The notes below the pieces were generated by a model. It did no database searches. It was not told the DNA's origin and saw nothing but the letters and a program-made list of their open reading frames with translations. DNA of 46,219 nucleotides, taken from the IMG/VR virus record IMGVR_UViG_2706794662_000004; one strand, 5' to 3'. Shown here piece by piece: positions 17,484-30,414 of this stretch. This DNA comes from a virus. Taxonomy: Duplodnaviria > Heunggongvirae > Uroviricota > Caudoviricetes. A program made the position numbers and the translations under genes. How positions within the stretch are numbered: position 1 is the first letter of the stretch; each line of letters begins with the position of its first letter.

Positions 17484-17795
17484 ATGAAAATTTATATTGC
17501 CGGGCCAATGACGGGATATGAGAACTTTAATCGTGACGCCTTTAATAAAGAGGCAGATCGTTTGTCACGACATGGTCACTCTGTCTTGAATCCAGCCACT
17601 TTGCCTAATGGTCTGACACAACGTGAATACATGGATATTTGCTTTGCAATGCTTCGTTGTGCTGATGCTATTTTGATGCTTCCTGGCTGGAAAGCGTCTG
17701 CTGGAGCAACTGCTGAGTATCATTACGCATACAAGATGGAGATGCCGGTATTCACTACGCTGAATTACCCGCCAGCTTGTTCCTCTGTAGCATAA
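17484..17795 (+). CDS. Nucleoside 2-deoxyribosyltransferase-like / DUF4406-like protein
   Basis: 103-aa ORF starting MKIYIAGPMTG, which resembles that family as I recall it. Confidence 0.45.
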   Translation: MKIYIAGPMTGYENFNRDAFNKEADRLSRHGHSVLNPATLPNGLTQREYMDICFAMLRCADAILMLPGWKASAGATAEYHYAYKMEMPVFTTLNYPPACSSVA

Positions 17796-17815
17796 AAATC
17801 TCTTTGTTTCTCGTT

Positions 17816-17831
17816 TGCGACCGTGGTCGCA
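17816..17831. promoter_or_regulatory. 16-bp palindrome TGCGACCGTGGTCGCA (copy 4), immediately left of repeat element copy A
   Basis: Exact palindrome. Confidence 0.5.
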
Positions 17832-17842
17832 CATTAAATACC

Positions 17843-18015
17843 GCGCTGCATCGTCGCCGTATTTCCGCATTAACCATGACCGTAGCCCGACGGGGAACTC
17901 CTCTGCGCGAGTGTGCGGAAATAATCAAAAACGATGCACACCGGGTTTTTACCGCGCTAATGATTCGCGGGTTTGTCCCTCATGCTCGCCAGTCCTGTGC
18001 GAGGGTGGAAGAAAC
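17843..18015. repeat. Noncoding repeat element, copy A (about 173 bp, about 90 percent identical to copy B)
   Basis: Aligns base-for-base with 19628-19801; contains conserved stems (ccgtagcccgacgg; accgcg-loop-cgcggg with variable loop; ccctcatgctcgc...gcgaggg). Confidence 0.6.
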
Positions 18016-18035
18016 AGGGCATGTATTCAGGAGCG

Positions 18036-18051
18036 TGCGACCGTGGTCGCA
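18036..18051. promoter_or_regulatory. 16-bp palindrome TGCGACCGTGGTCGCA (copy 5), immediately right of repeat element copy A
   Basis: Exact palindrome, 25 bp upstream of the RBS of the 286-aa cargo gene. Confidence 0.5.
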
Positions 18052-18075
18052 CGGTATCTTTGTCAGGAGGTTTTG

Positions 18076-18936
18076 ATGAAAGAGTTGCAAAAAATTAATT
18101 CAATAATGGAAAGGTTAAGTGCTCTTGAGCGTAAGCTGGACGATTGTGGAAAGCTGTGTGTTGAAAAGCAAAATGAGCTTTACCGGGAATTTTTTACAAT
18201 CGTAAGTGAGCTGATGCCAATTGTTAATAACTGCCTGATGACATCCAGATTTTTTAATGTCGATGCTACTACATCCAGAAAATTTTCTGTGAAAATTCAA
18301 GAAAGAGTTTCTGGTAGTGTGACAAGAGAGATGGCTGAACAGTTGGTGGCAATGAGCAATAAAACAAAAAGAAAAAAGGCATTGCTTGTAACAGCAAATC
18401 AGCTTTCAGGGCGCGTTGACTTTCAGGTCAGACAGGGTGGGCGTGTACTGGTAAATGATGCGTTCGTTGGACGTAGCTTTAGTCCTTACTCGATGAAATA
18501 TGATGTTGATGCAGATGATCAGGATATCAGCATTTCCTGGAAATCTGAGACAGCAGGGATTGTATTAACAGCAGAGTTGTTGAATGATGATAAAAATGAT
18601 GTCCAGCATCATTTGGACGAAAAGAATCATATTTCTGAAATTTGTATGAAGCCACGCAGCGGAATGACTTTATTGTCACGCACTCTTGCTGCTGGCTTTT
18701 CTGCACCGGAAAAACGTGTGCTTCTGGTAGTGCCTGAAGATGCAGATATTCGACCACTGAATGGCTGTGATGTTATTAGTGCAAAAACATTGCATACCCG
18801 CGTCATTCCTGTACCGGATGTGGTCATTATTGATGATGTTGAGAAATGCAAGTCTGTTTCCTCAACTGCCACAATCAAGCGAATTTTACGTTGTAGCACG
18901 TCGGCTGTTGTATTCCGGAAGCAGTTACATAACTAA
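18076..18936 (+). CDS. Hypothetical protein (286 aa), first gene of the AT-rich cargo cassette
   Basis: GGAGG RBS 6 nt before ATG 18076; the track ORF from 17815 is an upstream extension across the noncoding repeat; no recognisable motif. Confidence 0.6.
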   Translation: MKELQKINSIMERLSALERKLDDCGKLCVEKQNELYREFFTIVSELMPIVNNCLMTSRFFNVDATTSRKFSVKIQERVSGSVTREMAEQLVAMSNKTKRKKALLVTANQLSGRVDFQVRQGGRVLVNDAFVGRSFSPYSMKYDVDADDQDISISWKSETAGIVLTAELLNDDKNDVQHHLDEKNHISEICMKPRSGMTLLSRTLAAGFSAPEKRVLLVVPEDADIRPLNGCDVISAKTLHTRVIPVPDVVIIDDVEKCKSVSSTATIKRILRCSTSAVVFRKQLHN

Positions 18937-19061
18937 CCAGTTTTGTTTTGCAGAACATCCTCAACTAAAAGCTTATAGAAAGAGAGCCTGAGATATTTTT
19001 TCTGTCTCTCGTAGTTGTTTGTTTTTTTTTCGAACAGACTTACAACTTACAGGATATAAAC

Positions 19062-19511
19062 ATGCAAGAAGAAGCAAATAAAATTCTTGTTGATTTATTG
19101 AAGAAGGCCAGCGATGGAATTGATTCCGCCATTGTATTCAGTCAGGCTCAAATTCCGGATGTTGTTCATCAGTTGCTGGTATGGAATATGGTTGATAGCC
19201 TGATTAAAACATTAATAACCATTTCAACAATTCCGCTGGTTATTTGGTTTATGAAGAAACAGTGCAAAAAAGTTGAAATTGGTAAGTTCGATAATGAAGG
19301 ACGCTCATGCGATAATGGACAGCCTAAATACAAACCAACTATGCTTTGGGAAAGTGACGGTAGGTTAAGTGGTTTTGTCTTACCATTAGTAGCAGTTTTT
19401 ATTCTATGGTTCAGTTTTATTATTTCTGTAGTAGCCAATATGACATGGTTAAAAATTTGGCTGGCACCTAAGTTATATCTAATCGAATACGCAGCATCAC
19501 TAATTAAATAG
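19062..19511 (+). CDS. Membrane protein with two predicted TM helices (149 aa), second gene of the cargo cassette
   Basis: Hydrophobic segments LITISTIPLVIWFM and GFVLPLVAVFILWFSFIISVVA; AT-rich. Confidence 0.6.
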   Translation: MQEEANKILVDLLKKASDGIDSAIVFSQAQIPDVVHQLLVWNMVDSLIKTLITISTIPLVIWFMKKQCKKVEIGKFDNEGRSCDNGQPKYKPTMLWESDGRLSGFVLPLVAVFILWFSFIISVVANMTWLKIWLAPKLYLIEYAASLIK

Positions 19512-19627
19512 TCCATTACAAAAGCCATTCGCTACTGAGTGGCTTTGATAATGGCTTATACCCTACACGGGATAACTTAACTGATATCCCTTTTAACGGA
19601 TAAAGGTATTCAAGCCTGACACATCAT

Positions 19628-19801
19628 GCGCTGTATCGTCGTCGTATTCCCGTCTTAACAGAGACCGTAGCCCGACGGGGAACTCTTTCTGCGCGAGTGT
19701 GCGGGAATAATCAAAAACGATGCACACCGGGTTTTTACCGCGTTTATGGTTCGCGGGTTTGCCCCTCATGCTCGCCAGTCCTGTGCGAGGGTGGAAGAAA
19801 C
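19628..19801. repeat. Noncoding repeat element, copy B, immediately upstream of cos
   Basis: Aligns with 17843-18015; the 68-aa track ORF at 19697-19903 lies inside it but conservation is at nucleotide level. Confidence 0.6.
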
Positions 19802-19869
19802 CGGATATTAATGCAAGTGATAAACATTCTCATTTTCTCGGGTCCTTTCCGGCGATCTGACAGGCTACG

Positions 19870-19881
19870 GGGCGGAAGGCG
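19870..19881. other. cosN, predicted 12-nt cohesive end GGGCGGAAGGCG; cosB-like repeats follow to about 20050
   Basis: Flanks caggctacg and cgcgggttttcgctatttatgaaaattttccggtttaaggcg match my recollection of the lambda cos region; the central 12-mer differs from lambda GGGCGGCGACCT. Confidence 0.55.
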
Positions 19882-20058
19882 CGCGGGTTTTCGCTATTTA
19901 TGAAAATTTTCCGGTTTAAGGCGTTTCCGTTCTTCTTCTCCGTAACTTCATGTTTTTATTTAAAACACCCACTGAAAAGAAAGGAAACGACAGATGCTGA
20001 AAACGGGCTTTTTGGCCTTTGTCGTTTCCTTTCTCTGTTTTTGTCCGTGGAATGAACA

Positions 20059-20578
20059 ATGGAAGTCAACAAAAAGCAGCTGGCTGATATTTTCGGTGCG
20101 AGTATCCGTACCATTCAGAACTGGCAGGAGCAGGGAATGCCCGTTTTGCGAGGCGGTGGCAAGGGTAATGAGGTGCTTTATGATTCTGCCGCCGTCATAA
20201 AATGGTATGCCGAAAGGGATGCTGAAATTGAGAACGAAAAGCTGCGCCGGGAGGTTGAAGAACTGCGGCTGGCCAGCGAGGCAGATCTTCACCCCGGAAC
20301 ACTTGAATTTGAGCGCCATCGCCTGACTCGTGCTCAGGCGACGGCGCAGGAACTGAAAAATGCCAAAGAATCGGCTGAAGTGGTGGAAACCGCATTCTGT
20401 ACTTTCGTGCTGTCGCGTATAGCAAGGGAAATATCCAGTATTCTCGACGGTATTCCTCTGTCGGTGCAGCGACGTTTTCCTGAGCTGGATAACCGGCATA
20501 TTGATTTCCTGAAACGGGATATCATCAAAGCCATGAACAAAGCAGCCGCGCTGGATGAACTGATACCGGGGTTGCTGA

Positions 20579-20604
<26 letters not shown>
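20059..20604 (+). CDS. nu1: Terminase small subunit (lambda Nu1-like)
   Basis: N-terminus MEVNKKQLADIFGASIRTIQNWQEQGMPVLRGGGKGNEVLYD matches recalled lambda Nu1. Confidence 0.9.
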
Positions 20605-24285
<3,681 letters not shown>

Positions 24286-24305
<20 letters not shown>

Positions 24306-25605
24306 TCTCCCGCATATTGCCAGCATGGCCTTTAATGAGCCGCTTATGCTTGAACCCGCCTATGCGCGGGTTTTCTTTTGTGCGCTTGCAGGCCAGCTTG
24401 GGATCAGCCGCCTGACGGATGCGGTGTCCGGTGACAGCCTGACTGCCGGAGAGGCACCCGCGACGCTGGCGTTATCCGTTAATGATGACGGACCACGACA
24501 GGCCCGCAGTTATCAGGTCATGAACGGCATCGCCGTGCTGCCGGTTTCCGGCACGCTGGTCAGCCGGACGCGGGCGCTGCAGCCGTATTCGGGGATGACC
24601 GGTTACAACGGCATTATCGCCCGTCTGCAACAGGCTGCCAGCGACCCGATGGTGGACGGCATTCTGCTGGATATGGACACGCCCGGCGGAATGGTGGCAG
24701 GGGCATTTGACTGCGCTGACATCATCGCCCGTGTGCGTGACATAAAGCCGGTATGGGCGCTGGCCAATGACATGAACTGCAGCGCAGGTCAGCTGCTTGC
24801 CAGTGCCGCCTCCCGGCGTCTGGTCACGCAGACCGCCCGGACAGGCTCCATCGGCGTCATGATGGCTCACAGTAATTACGGTGCTGCGCTGGAGAAACAG
24901 GGCGTGGAAATCACGCTGATTTACAGCGGCAGCCATAAGGTGGATGGCAACCCCTACAGCCATCTTCCTGATGACGTCAGGGAGACACTGCAGTCCCGGA
25001 TGGACGCAACCCGCCAGATGTTTGCGCAGAAGGTGTCGGCATATACCGGCCTGTCCGTGCAGGCTGTGCTGGATACCGAGGCTGCAGTGTACAGCGGTCA
25101 GGAGGCCATTGATGCCGGACTGGCTGATGAACTTGTTAACAGCACCGATGCGATCACCGTCATGCGTGATGCACTGGATGCACGTAAATCCCGTCTCTCA
25201 GGAGGGCGAATGACCAAAGAGACTCAATCAAAAACTGTTTCAGCCACTGCTTCGCAGGCTGACGTTACTGACGTGGTGCCAGCGACGGAGGGCGAAAACG
25301 CCAGCGCGGCGCAGCCGGACGTGAACGCGCAGATCACCGCTGCGGTTGCGGCAGAAAACAGCCGCATTATGGGGATCCTCAACTGTGAGGAGGCTCACGG
25401 ACGCGAAGAACAGGCCCGCGTGCTGGCAGAAACCCCCGGTATGACCGTGGAAACGGCCCGCCGCATTCTGGCAGCTGCACCACAGAGTGCACAGGCGCGC
25501 AGTGACACTGCGCTGGATCGTCTGATGCAGGGGGCACCGGCACCGCTGGCTGCAGGTAACCCGGCATCTGATGCCGTTAACGATTTGCTGAACACACCAG
25601 TGTAA
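24286..25605 (+). CDS. C: Head protease/scaffold C (Nu3 scaffold nested in-frame in its 3' part)
   Basis: GTG start at 24286 gives a 439-aa product beginning (M)TAELRNLPHIASMAFNEPLMLEPAYARVFF as recalled for lambda C; the track ORF from 24151 is an upstream extension. Confidence 0.8.
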
Positions 25606-25614
25606 GGGATGTTT

Positions 25615-25947
25615 ATGACGAGCAAAGAAACCTTTACCCATTACCAGCCGCTGGGCAACAGTGACCCGGCACATACGGCAACCGCGCCCGGCGGATTGAG
25701 TGCGAAAGCGCCTGCAATGACCCCGCTGATGCTGGATACCTCCACCCGTAAGCTGGTTGCGTGGGATGGCACCACCGACGGTGCTGCCGTTGGCATTCTG
25801 GCGGTTGCTGCTGACCAGACCAGCACCACGCTGACGTTCTACAAGTCCGGTACGTTCCGTTATGAGGATGTGCTCTGGCCGGAGGCTGCCAGCGACGAGA
25901 CGAAAAAACGGACCGCGTTTGCCGGAACGGCAATCAGCATCGTTTAA
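25615..25947 (+). CDS. D: Head decoration protein D
   Basis: 110-aa product [27 protein letters not shown] matches recalled lambda gpD. Confidence 0.85.
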   Translation: MTSKETFTHYQPLGNSDPAHTATAPGGLSAKAPAMTPLMLDTSTRKLVAWDGTTDGAAVGILAVAADQTSTTLTFYKSGTFRYEDVLWPEAASDETKKRTAFAGTAISIV

Positions 25948-26002
25948 CCTTACCCTTCATCACTAAAGGCCGCCTGTGCGGCTTTTTTTACGGGATTTTT
26001 TT

Positions 26003-27028
26003 ATGTCGATGTACACAACCGCCCAGCTGCTGGCGGCAAATGAGAAGAAATTTAAGTTTGATCCGCTGTTTCTGCGTCTCTTTTTCCGTGAGAGCTATCC
26101 CTTCACCACGGAGAAAGTCTATCTCTCACAAATTCCGGGACTGGTAAACATGGCGCTGTACGTTTCGCCGATTGTTTCCGGTGAGGTTATCCGATCCCGT
26201 GGCGGCTCCACCTCTGAATTTACACCGGGATATGTCAAGCCCAAGCATGAGGTGAATCCGCAGATGACCCTGCGTCGCCTGCCGGATGAAGATCCACAGA
26301 ATCTGGCGGACCCGGCTTACCGCCGCCGTCGCATCATCATGCAGAACATGCGAGACGAAGAGCTGGCCATTGCCCAGGTCGAAGAGATGCAGGCAGTTTC
26401 TGCCGTGCTTAAGGGCAAATACACCATGACCGGTGAAGCCTTCGATCCGGTTGAAGTGGATATGGGCCGCAGTGCGGCGAACAACATCACACAGTCCGGT
26501 GGTACGGAGTGGAGCAAGCGTGACAAGTCCACGTATGACCCGACCGACGATATCGAAGCCTATGCGCTGAACGCCAGCGGAGTGGTGAATATCATCGTGT
26601 TTGATCCGAAAGGCTGGGCGCTGTTCCGTTCCTTCAAAGCCGTCAAGGAGAAGCTGGATACCCGTCGCGGCTCTAATTCCGAGCTGGAGACAGCGGTAAA
26701 AGACCTGGGTGAAGCGGTGTCCTATAAGGGGATGTATGGCGATACGGCGATCGTCGTGTATTCCGGACAGTACGTGGAAAACGACGTCAAAAAGAACTTC
26801 CTGCCGGACAACACGATGGTGCTGGGGAACACTCAGGCACGCGGTCTGCGCACCTATGGCTGCATTCAGGATGCGGACGCACAGCGCGAAGGTATTAACG
26901 CCTCTGCCCGCTACCCGAAAAACTGGGTGACCACCGGCGATCCGGCGCGTGAGTTCACCATGATTCAGTCAGCACCGCTGATGCTGCTGGCTGACCCTGA
27001 TGCGTTCGTGTCCGTACAACTGGCGTAA
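26003..27028 (+). CDS. E: Major capsid protein E
   Basis: 341-aa product from MSMYTTAQLLAANE matches recalled lambda gpE; the track start at 25976 is upstream. Confidence 0.9.
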   Translation: MSMYTTAQLLAANEKKFKFDPLFLRLFFRESYPFTTEKVYLSQIPGLVNMALYVSPIVSGEVIRSRGGSTSEFTPGYVKPKHEVNPQMTLRRLPDEDPQNLADPAYRRRRIIMQNMRDEELAIAQVEEMQAVSAVLKGKYTMTGEAFDPVEVDMGRSAANNITQSGGTEWSKRDKSTYDPTDDIEAYALNASGVVNIIVFDPKGWALFRSFKAVKEKLDTRRGSNSELETAVKDLGEAVSYKGMYGDTAIVVYSGQYVENDVKKNFLPDNTMVLGNTQARGLRTYGCIQDADAQREGINASARYPKNWVTTGDPAREFTMIQSAPLMLLADPDAFVSVQLA

Positions 27029-27069
27029 TCATGGCCCTTCGGGGCCATTTTCTCTCTGTGGAGGAGTCC

Positions 27070-27465
27070 ATGACGAAAGATGAACTGATTGCCCGTCTTC
27101 AGGTGCTGGGTGAGCAACTGAACCGTGATGTCAGCCTGACGGGGACGAAAGAAGAACTGGTGCTCCGTGTGGCAGAGCTGGAAGAGGAGCTTGATGACAC
27201 GGATGACGCTGCCGGTCAGGACACATCTGTCAGCCCGGAAAATGCGCTGACCGGACATGAAAATGAGGTTGTATCAGCGCAGCCGGATACCGTGACTGAT
27301 ACGGCTGATCTGGTCACGGTCGTGGCACTGGTGACGCTGCATACTGATGCACTTCACGCCACGCGGGATGAGGCTGTGGCATTTGTGCTGCCGGGAACGG
27401 CGTTCCGTGTCTCTGCCGGTGTGGCAGCTGAAATGACAGCGCGCGGCCTGGCCAGAATGCAATAA
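27070..27465 (+). CDS. FI: DNA-packaging protein FI
   Basis: MTKDELIARLQVLGEQLNRDVSLTGTKEEL matches recalled lambda FI; GGAGG RBS. Confidence 0.8.
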   Translation: MTKDELIARLQVLGEQLNRDVSLTGTKEELVLRVAELEEELDDTDDAAGQDTSVSPENALTGHENEVVSAQPDTVTDTADLVTVVALVTLHTDALHATRDEAVAFVLPGTAFRVSAGVAAEMTARGLARMQ

Positions 27466-27476
27466 CGGGAGGCGCT

Positions 27477-27830
27477 GTGGCTGATTTCGATAACCTGTTC
27501 GATGCTGCCATTGCCCGCGCCGATGAAACGATACGCGGGTACATGGGAACGTCAGCCACCATGACATCCGGTGAGCAGTCCGGTGCTGTGATACGTGGTG
27601 TTTTTGATGACCCTGAAAATATCAGCTATGCCGGGCCGGGCGTGCGCGTTGAAGGTTCCAGCCCGTCCCTGTTTGTCCGGACTGATGATGTGCGGCAGCT
27701 GCGGCGCGGCGACACGCTGACCATCGGTGAGGAAAACTTCTGGATAGACCGGATTTCGCCGGATGATGGCGGAAGCTGTCATCTCTGGCTTGGGCGGGGC
27801 GTACCGCCTGCCGTTAACCGTCGCCGCTGA
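27477..27830 (+). CDS. FII: Head completion protein FII
   Basis: MADFDNLFDAAIARADETIRGYMG matches recalled lambda FII. Confidence 0.85.
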   Translation: MADFDNLFDAAIARADETIRGYMGTSATMTSGEQSGAVIRGVFDDPENISYAGPGVRVEGSSPSLFVRTDDVRQLRRGDTLTIGEENFWIDRISPDDGGSCHLWLGRGVPPAVNRRR

Positions 27831-27841
27831 AAGGGGGATGT

Positions 27842-28420
27842 ATGACCATAAAAGGTCTTGAGCAGGCCGTTGAAAACCTCAGCCGTATCAGCAGAACGGC
27901 GGTGCCCGGTGCCGCCGCAATGGCCATTAACCGCGTTGCTTCATCCGCGATATCGCAGTCGGCGTCACAGGTTGCCCGTGAGACAAAGGTACGCCGGAAA
28001 CTGGTAAAGGAAAGGGCCAGGCTGAAAAGGGCCACGGTCAAAAATCCGCAGGCCAGAATCAGGGTTAACCGGGGGGATTTGCCCGTAATCAGGCTGGGTA
28101 ACGCGCGGATTGTCCTGTCCCGACGCAGGCGTCGTAAAAAGGGGCAGCGTTCAGCCCTGAAAGGTGGCGGCAGCGTGCTTGTGGTGGGAAACCGTCGTAT
28201 TCCCGGCGCGTTTATTCAGCAACTGAAAAATGGCCGGTGGCATGTCATGCAGCGTGTGGCCGGGAAAAACCGTTACCCCATTGATGTGGTGAAAATCCCG
28301 ATGGCGGTGCCGCTGACCACGGCGTTTAAACAGAATATTGAGCGGATACGGCGTGAGCGTCTTCCGAAAGAGCTGGGCTATGCGCTGCAGCATCAACTGA
28401 GAATGGTAATAAAGCGATGA
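27842..28420 (+). CDS. Z: Tail completion protein Z
   Basis: 192-aa ORF in the lambda order FII-Z-U-V. Confidence 0.8.
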   Translation: MTIKGLEQAVENLSRISRTAVPGAAAMAINRVASSAISQSASQVARETKVRRKLVKERARLKRATVKNPQARIRVNRGDLPVIRLGNARIVLSRRRRRKKGQRSALKGGGSVLVVGNRRIPGAFIQQLKNGRWHVMQRVAGKNRYPIDVVKIPMAVPLTTAFKQNIERIRRERLPKELGYALQHQLRMVIKR

Positions 28421-28812
28421 AACATACTGAACTCCGAGCAGCCGTACTGGATGCACTGGAGAAGCATGACACCGGGGCGACGCTTTTTGATGGTCGCCCC
28501 GCTGTTTTTGATGAGGCGGATTTTCCGGCAATTGCCGTTTATCTCACCGGCGCTGAATACACGGGCGAAGAGCTGGACAGCGATACCTGGCAGGCGGAGC
28601 TGCATATTGAAGTTTTCCTGCCTGCTCAGGTGCCGGATTCAGAGCTGGATGCGTGGATGGAGTCCCGGATTTATCCGGTGATGAGCGATATCCCGGCACT
28701 GTCAGATTTGATCACCAGTATGGTGGCCAGTGGCTATGACTACCGGCGCGACGATGATGCGGGCCTGTGGAGTTCAGCCGATCTGACGTATGTCATTACC
28801 TATGAAATGTGA
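28417..28812 (+). CDS. U: Tail terminator protein U
   Basis: 131-aa ORF coupled to Z; lambda order. Confidence 0.8.
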   Translation: MKHTELRAAVLDALEKHDTGATLFDGRPAVFDEADFPAIAVYLTGAEYTGEELDSDTWQAELHIEVFLPAQVPDSELDAWMESRIYPVMSDIPALSDLITSMVASGYDYRRDDDAGLWSSADLTYVITYEM

Positions 28813-28819
28813 GGACGCT

Positions 28820-29560
28820 ATGCCTGTACCAAATCCTGTAATGCCGGTGAAAGGTGCCGGGACCACACTGTGGGTTTATAAGGGGAACGGTGACCCTTAT
28901 GCGAACCCGCTTTCAGACGTTGACTGGTCGCGTCTGGCAAAAGTTAAAGACCTGACACCCGGCGAACTGACCGCTGAGTCCTATGACGACAGCTATCTCG
29001 ATGATGAAGATGCGGACTGGACTGCGACCGGGCAGGGGCAGAAATCTGCCGGAGATACCAGCTTCACGCTGGCGTGGATGCCCGGAGAGCAGGGGCAGCA
29101 GGCGCTGCTGGCGTGGTTTAATGAAGGTGATACCCGTGCCTATAAAATCCGCTTCCCGAACGGCACGGTCGATGTGTTCCGTGGCTGGGTCAGCAGTATC
29201 GGTAAAGCGGTGACGGCGAAGGAAGTGATCACCCGCACGGTGAAGGTCACCAATGTGGGACGCCCGTCGATGGCTGAAGATCGCAGTACGGTGACGGCAG
29301 CAACCGGCATGACGGTAACGCCAGCCAGTGCTTCCGTAGTGAAAGGGCAGAGCACCACGCTGACCGTGGCATTCCAGCCGGAAGGTGTAACCGACAAGAG
29401 CTTCCGTGCGGTGTCTGCGGATAAAACAAAAGCCACCGTGTCGGTCAGTGGTATGACCATCACCGTGAACGGCGTTGCTGCAGGCAAGGTCAACATTCCG
29501 GTTGTATCCAGTAATGGTGAGTTTGCTGCGGTTGCAGAAATCACCGTCACCGCCAGTTAA
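28820..29560 (+). CDS. V: Major tail protein V
   Basis: 246-aa product from [22 protein letters not shown] matches recalled lambda gpV. Confidence 0.85.
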   Translation: MPVPNPVMPVKGAGTTLWVYKGNGDPYANPLSDVDWSRLAKVKDLTPGELTAESYDDSYLDDEDADWTATGQGQKSAGDTSFTLAWMPGEQGQQALLAWFNEGDTRAYKIRFPNGTVDVFRGWVSSIGKAVTAKEVITRTVKVTNVGRPSMAEDRSTVTAATGMTVTPASASVVKGQSTTLTVAFQPEGVTDKSFRAVSADKTKATVSVSGMTITVNGVAAGKVNIPVVSSNGEFAAVAEITVTAS

Positions 29561-29575
29561 TCCGGAGAGTCAGCG

Positions 29576-29998
29576 ATGTTCCTGAAAACCGAATCATTTG
29601 AATATAACGGCGTGACCGTCACGCTTTCTGAACTGTCAGCCCTGCAGCGTATTGAGCATCTCGCCTGGTTGAAAGAGCAGGAAAAAAAGGCTGAATCCAG
29701 TGGCAACCTGCAGGTGTCTGTAGAGGATCTTATCAGAGGCGGGGTGTTTCTGGTGGCGATGTCTCTGTGGCATAACCATCCGCAGAAGACAAAGCTGCCG
29801 TCCATGAATGAAGCCATTACGCAGATTGAGCAGGAAGTGCTTACCACCTGGCCCACGGAGGCAATTGCTCAGGCTGAAAACGTGGTGTTACGTCTGTCCG
29901 GAATGTCTGAGTTTGTGGTGAATGATGCCCCTGAACAGGCAGATGACGCCGGGCCTACAGAGCCTGTTTCTGCGGGAAAGTGTTCGACGGTGAGCTGA
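29576..29998 (+). CDS. G: Tail assembly chaperone G
   Basis: 140-aa ORF ending just after the slippery heptamer GGGAAAG (29974-29980). Confidence 0.85.
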   Translation: MFLKTESFEYNGVTVTLSELSALQRIEHLAWLKEQEKKAESSGNLQVSVEDLIRGGVFLVAMSLWHNHPQKTKLPSMNEAITQIEQEVLTTWPTEAIAQAENVVLRLSGMSEFVVNDAPEQADDAGPTEPVSAGKCSTVS

Positions 29999-30414
29999 GT
30001 TTTGCCCTGAAACTGGCGCGTGAGATGGGGCGACCCGACTGGCGCGCCATGCTTGCCGGGATGTCATCCACGGAGTATGCCGACTGGCACCGCTTTTACA
30101 GTACCCATTATTTTCATGATGTTCTGCTGGATATGCACTTTTCCGGGCTGACATACACCGTGCTCAGCCTGTTTTTCAGCGATCCGGATATGCATCCGCT
30201 GGATTTCAGTCTGCTGAACCGGCGCGAGGCTGACGAAGAGCCTGAAGATGATGTGCTGATGCAGAAAGCGGCAGGGCTTGCCGGAGGTGTCCGCTTTGGC
30301 CCGGACGGGAATGAAGTTATCCCTACTTCCCCGGATGTGGCGGACATGACGGAGGATGACGTAATGCTGATGACAGTATCAGAAGGGATCGCAGGAGGAG
30401 TCCGGTATGGCTGA
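29980..30414 (+). CDS. T: T-frame portion of the G-T fusion, expressed by programmed -1 frameshift from G
   Basis: -1 frame ORF opening exactly at the GGGAAAG slippery site and running to the start of H; the classic lambda G/G-T arrangement. Confidence 0.7.
   Translation: MFDGELSFALKLAREMGRPDWRAMLAGMSSTEYADWHRFYSTHYFHDVLLDMHFSGLTYTVLSLFFSDPDMHPLDFSLLNRREADEEPEDDVLMQKAAGLAGGVRFGPDGNEVIPTSPDVADMTEDDVMLMTVSEGIAGGVRYG

Noticed and set aside
17815-18936. 373-aa ORF starting at 17815
   Set aside because: Its first 87 codons run through the noncoding repeat element and the 18036 palindrome; a GGAGG RBS precedes the internal ATG at 18076, which I take as the true start.
19697-19903. 68-aa Cys-rich ORF inside repeat copy B (a similar reading exists in copy A)
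   Set aside because: Conservation between copies is at the nucleotide level, with a stem-preserving loop change; copy A has no start codon in this frame, and the reading runs into cos.
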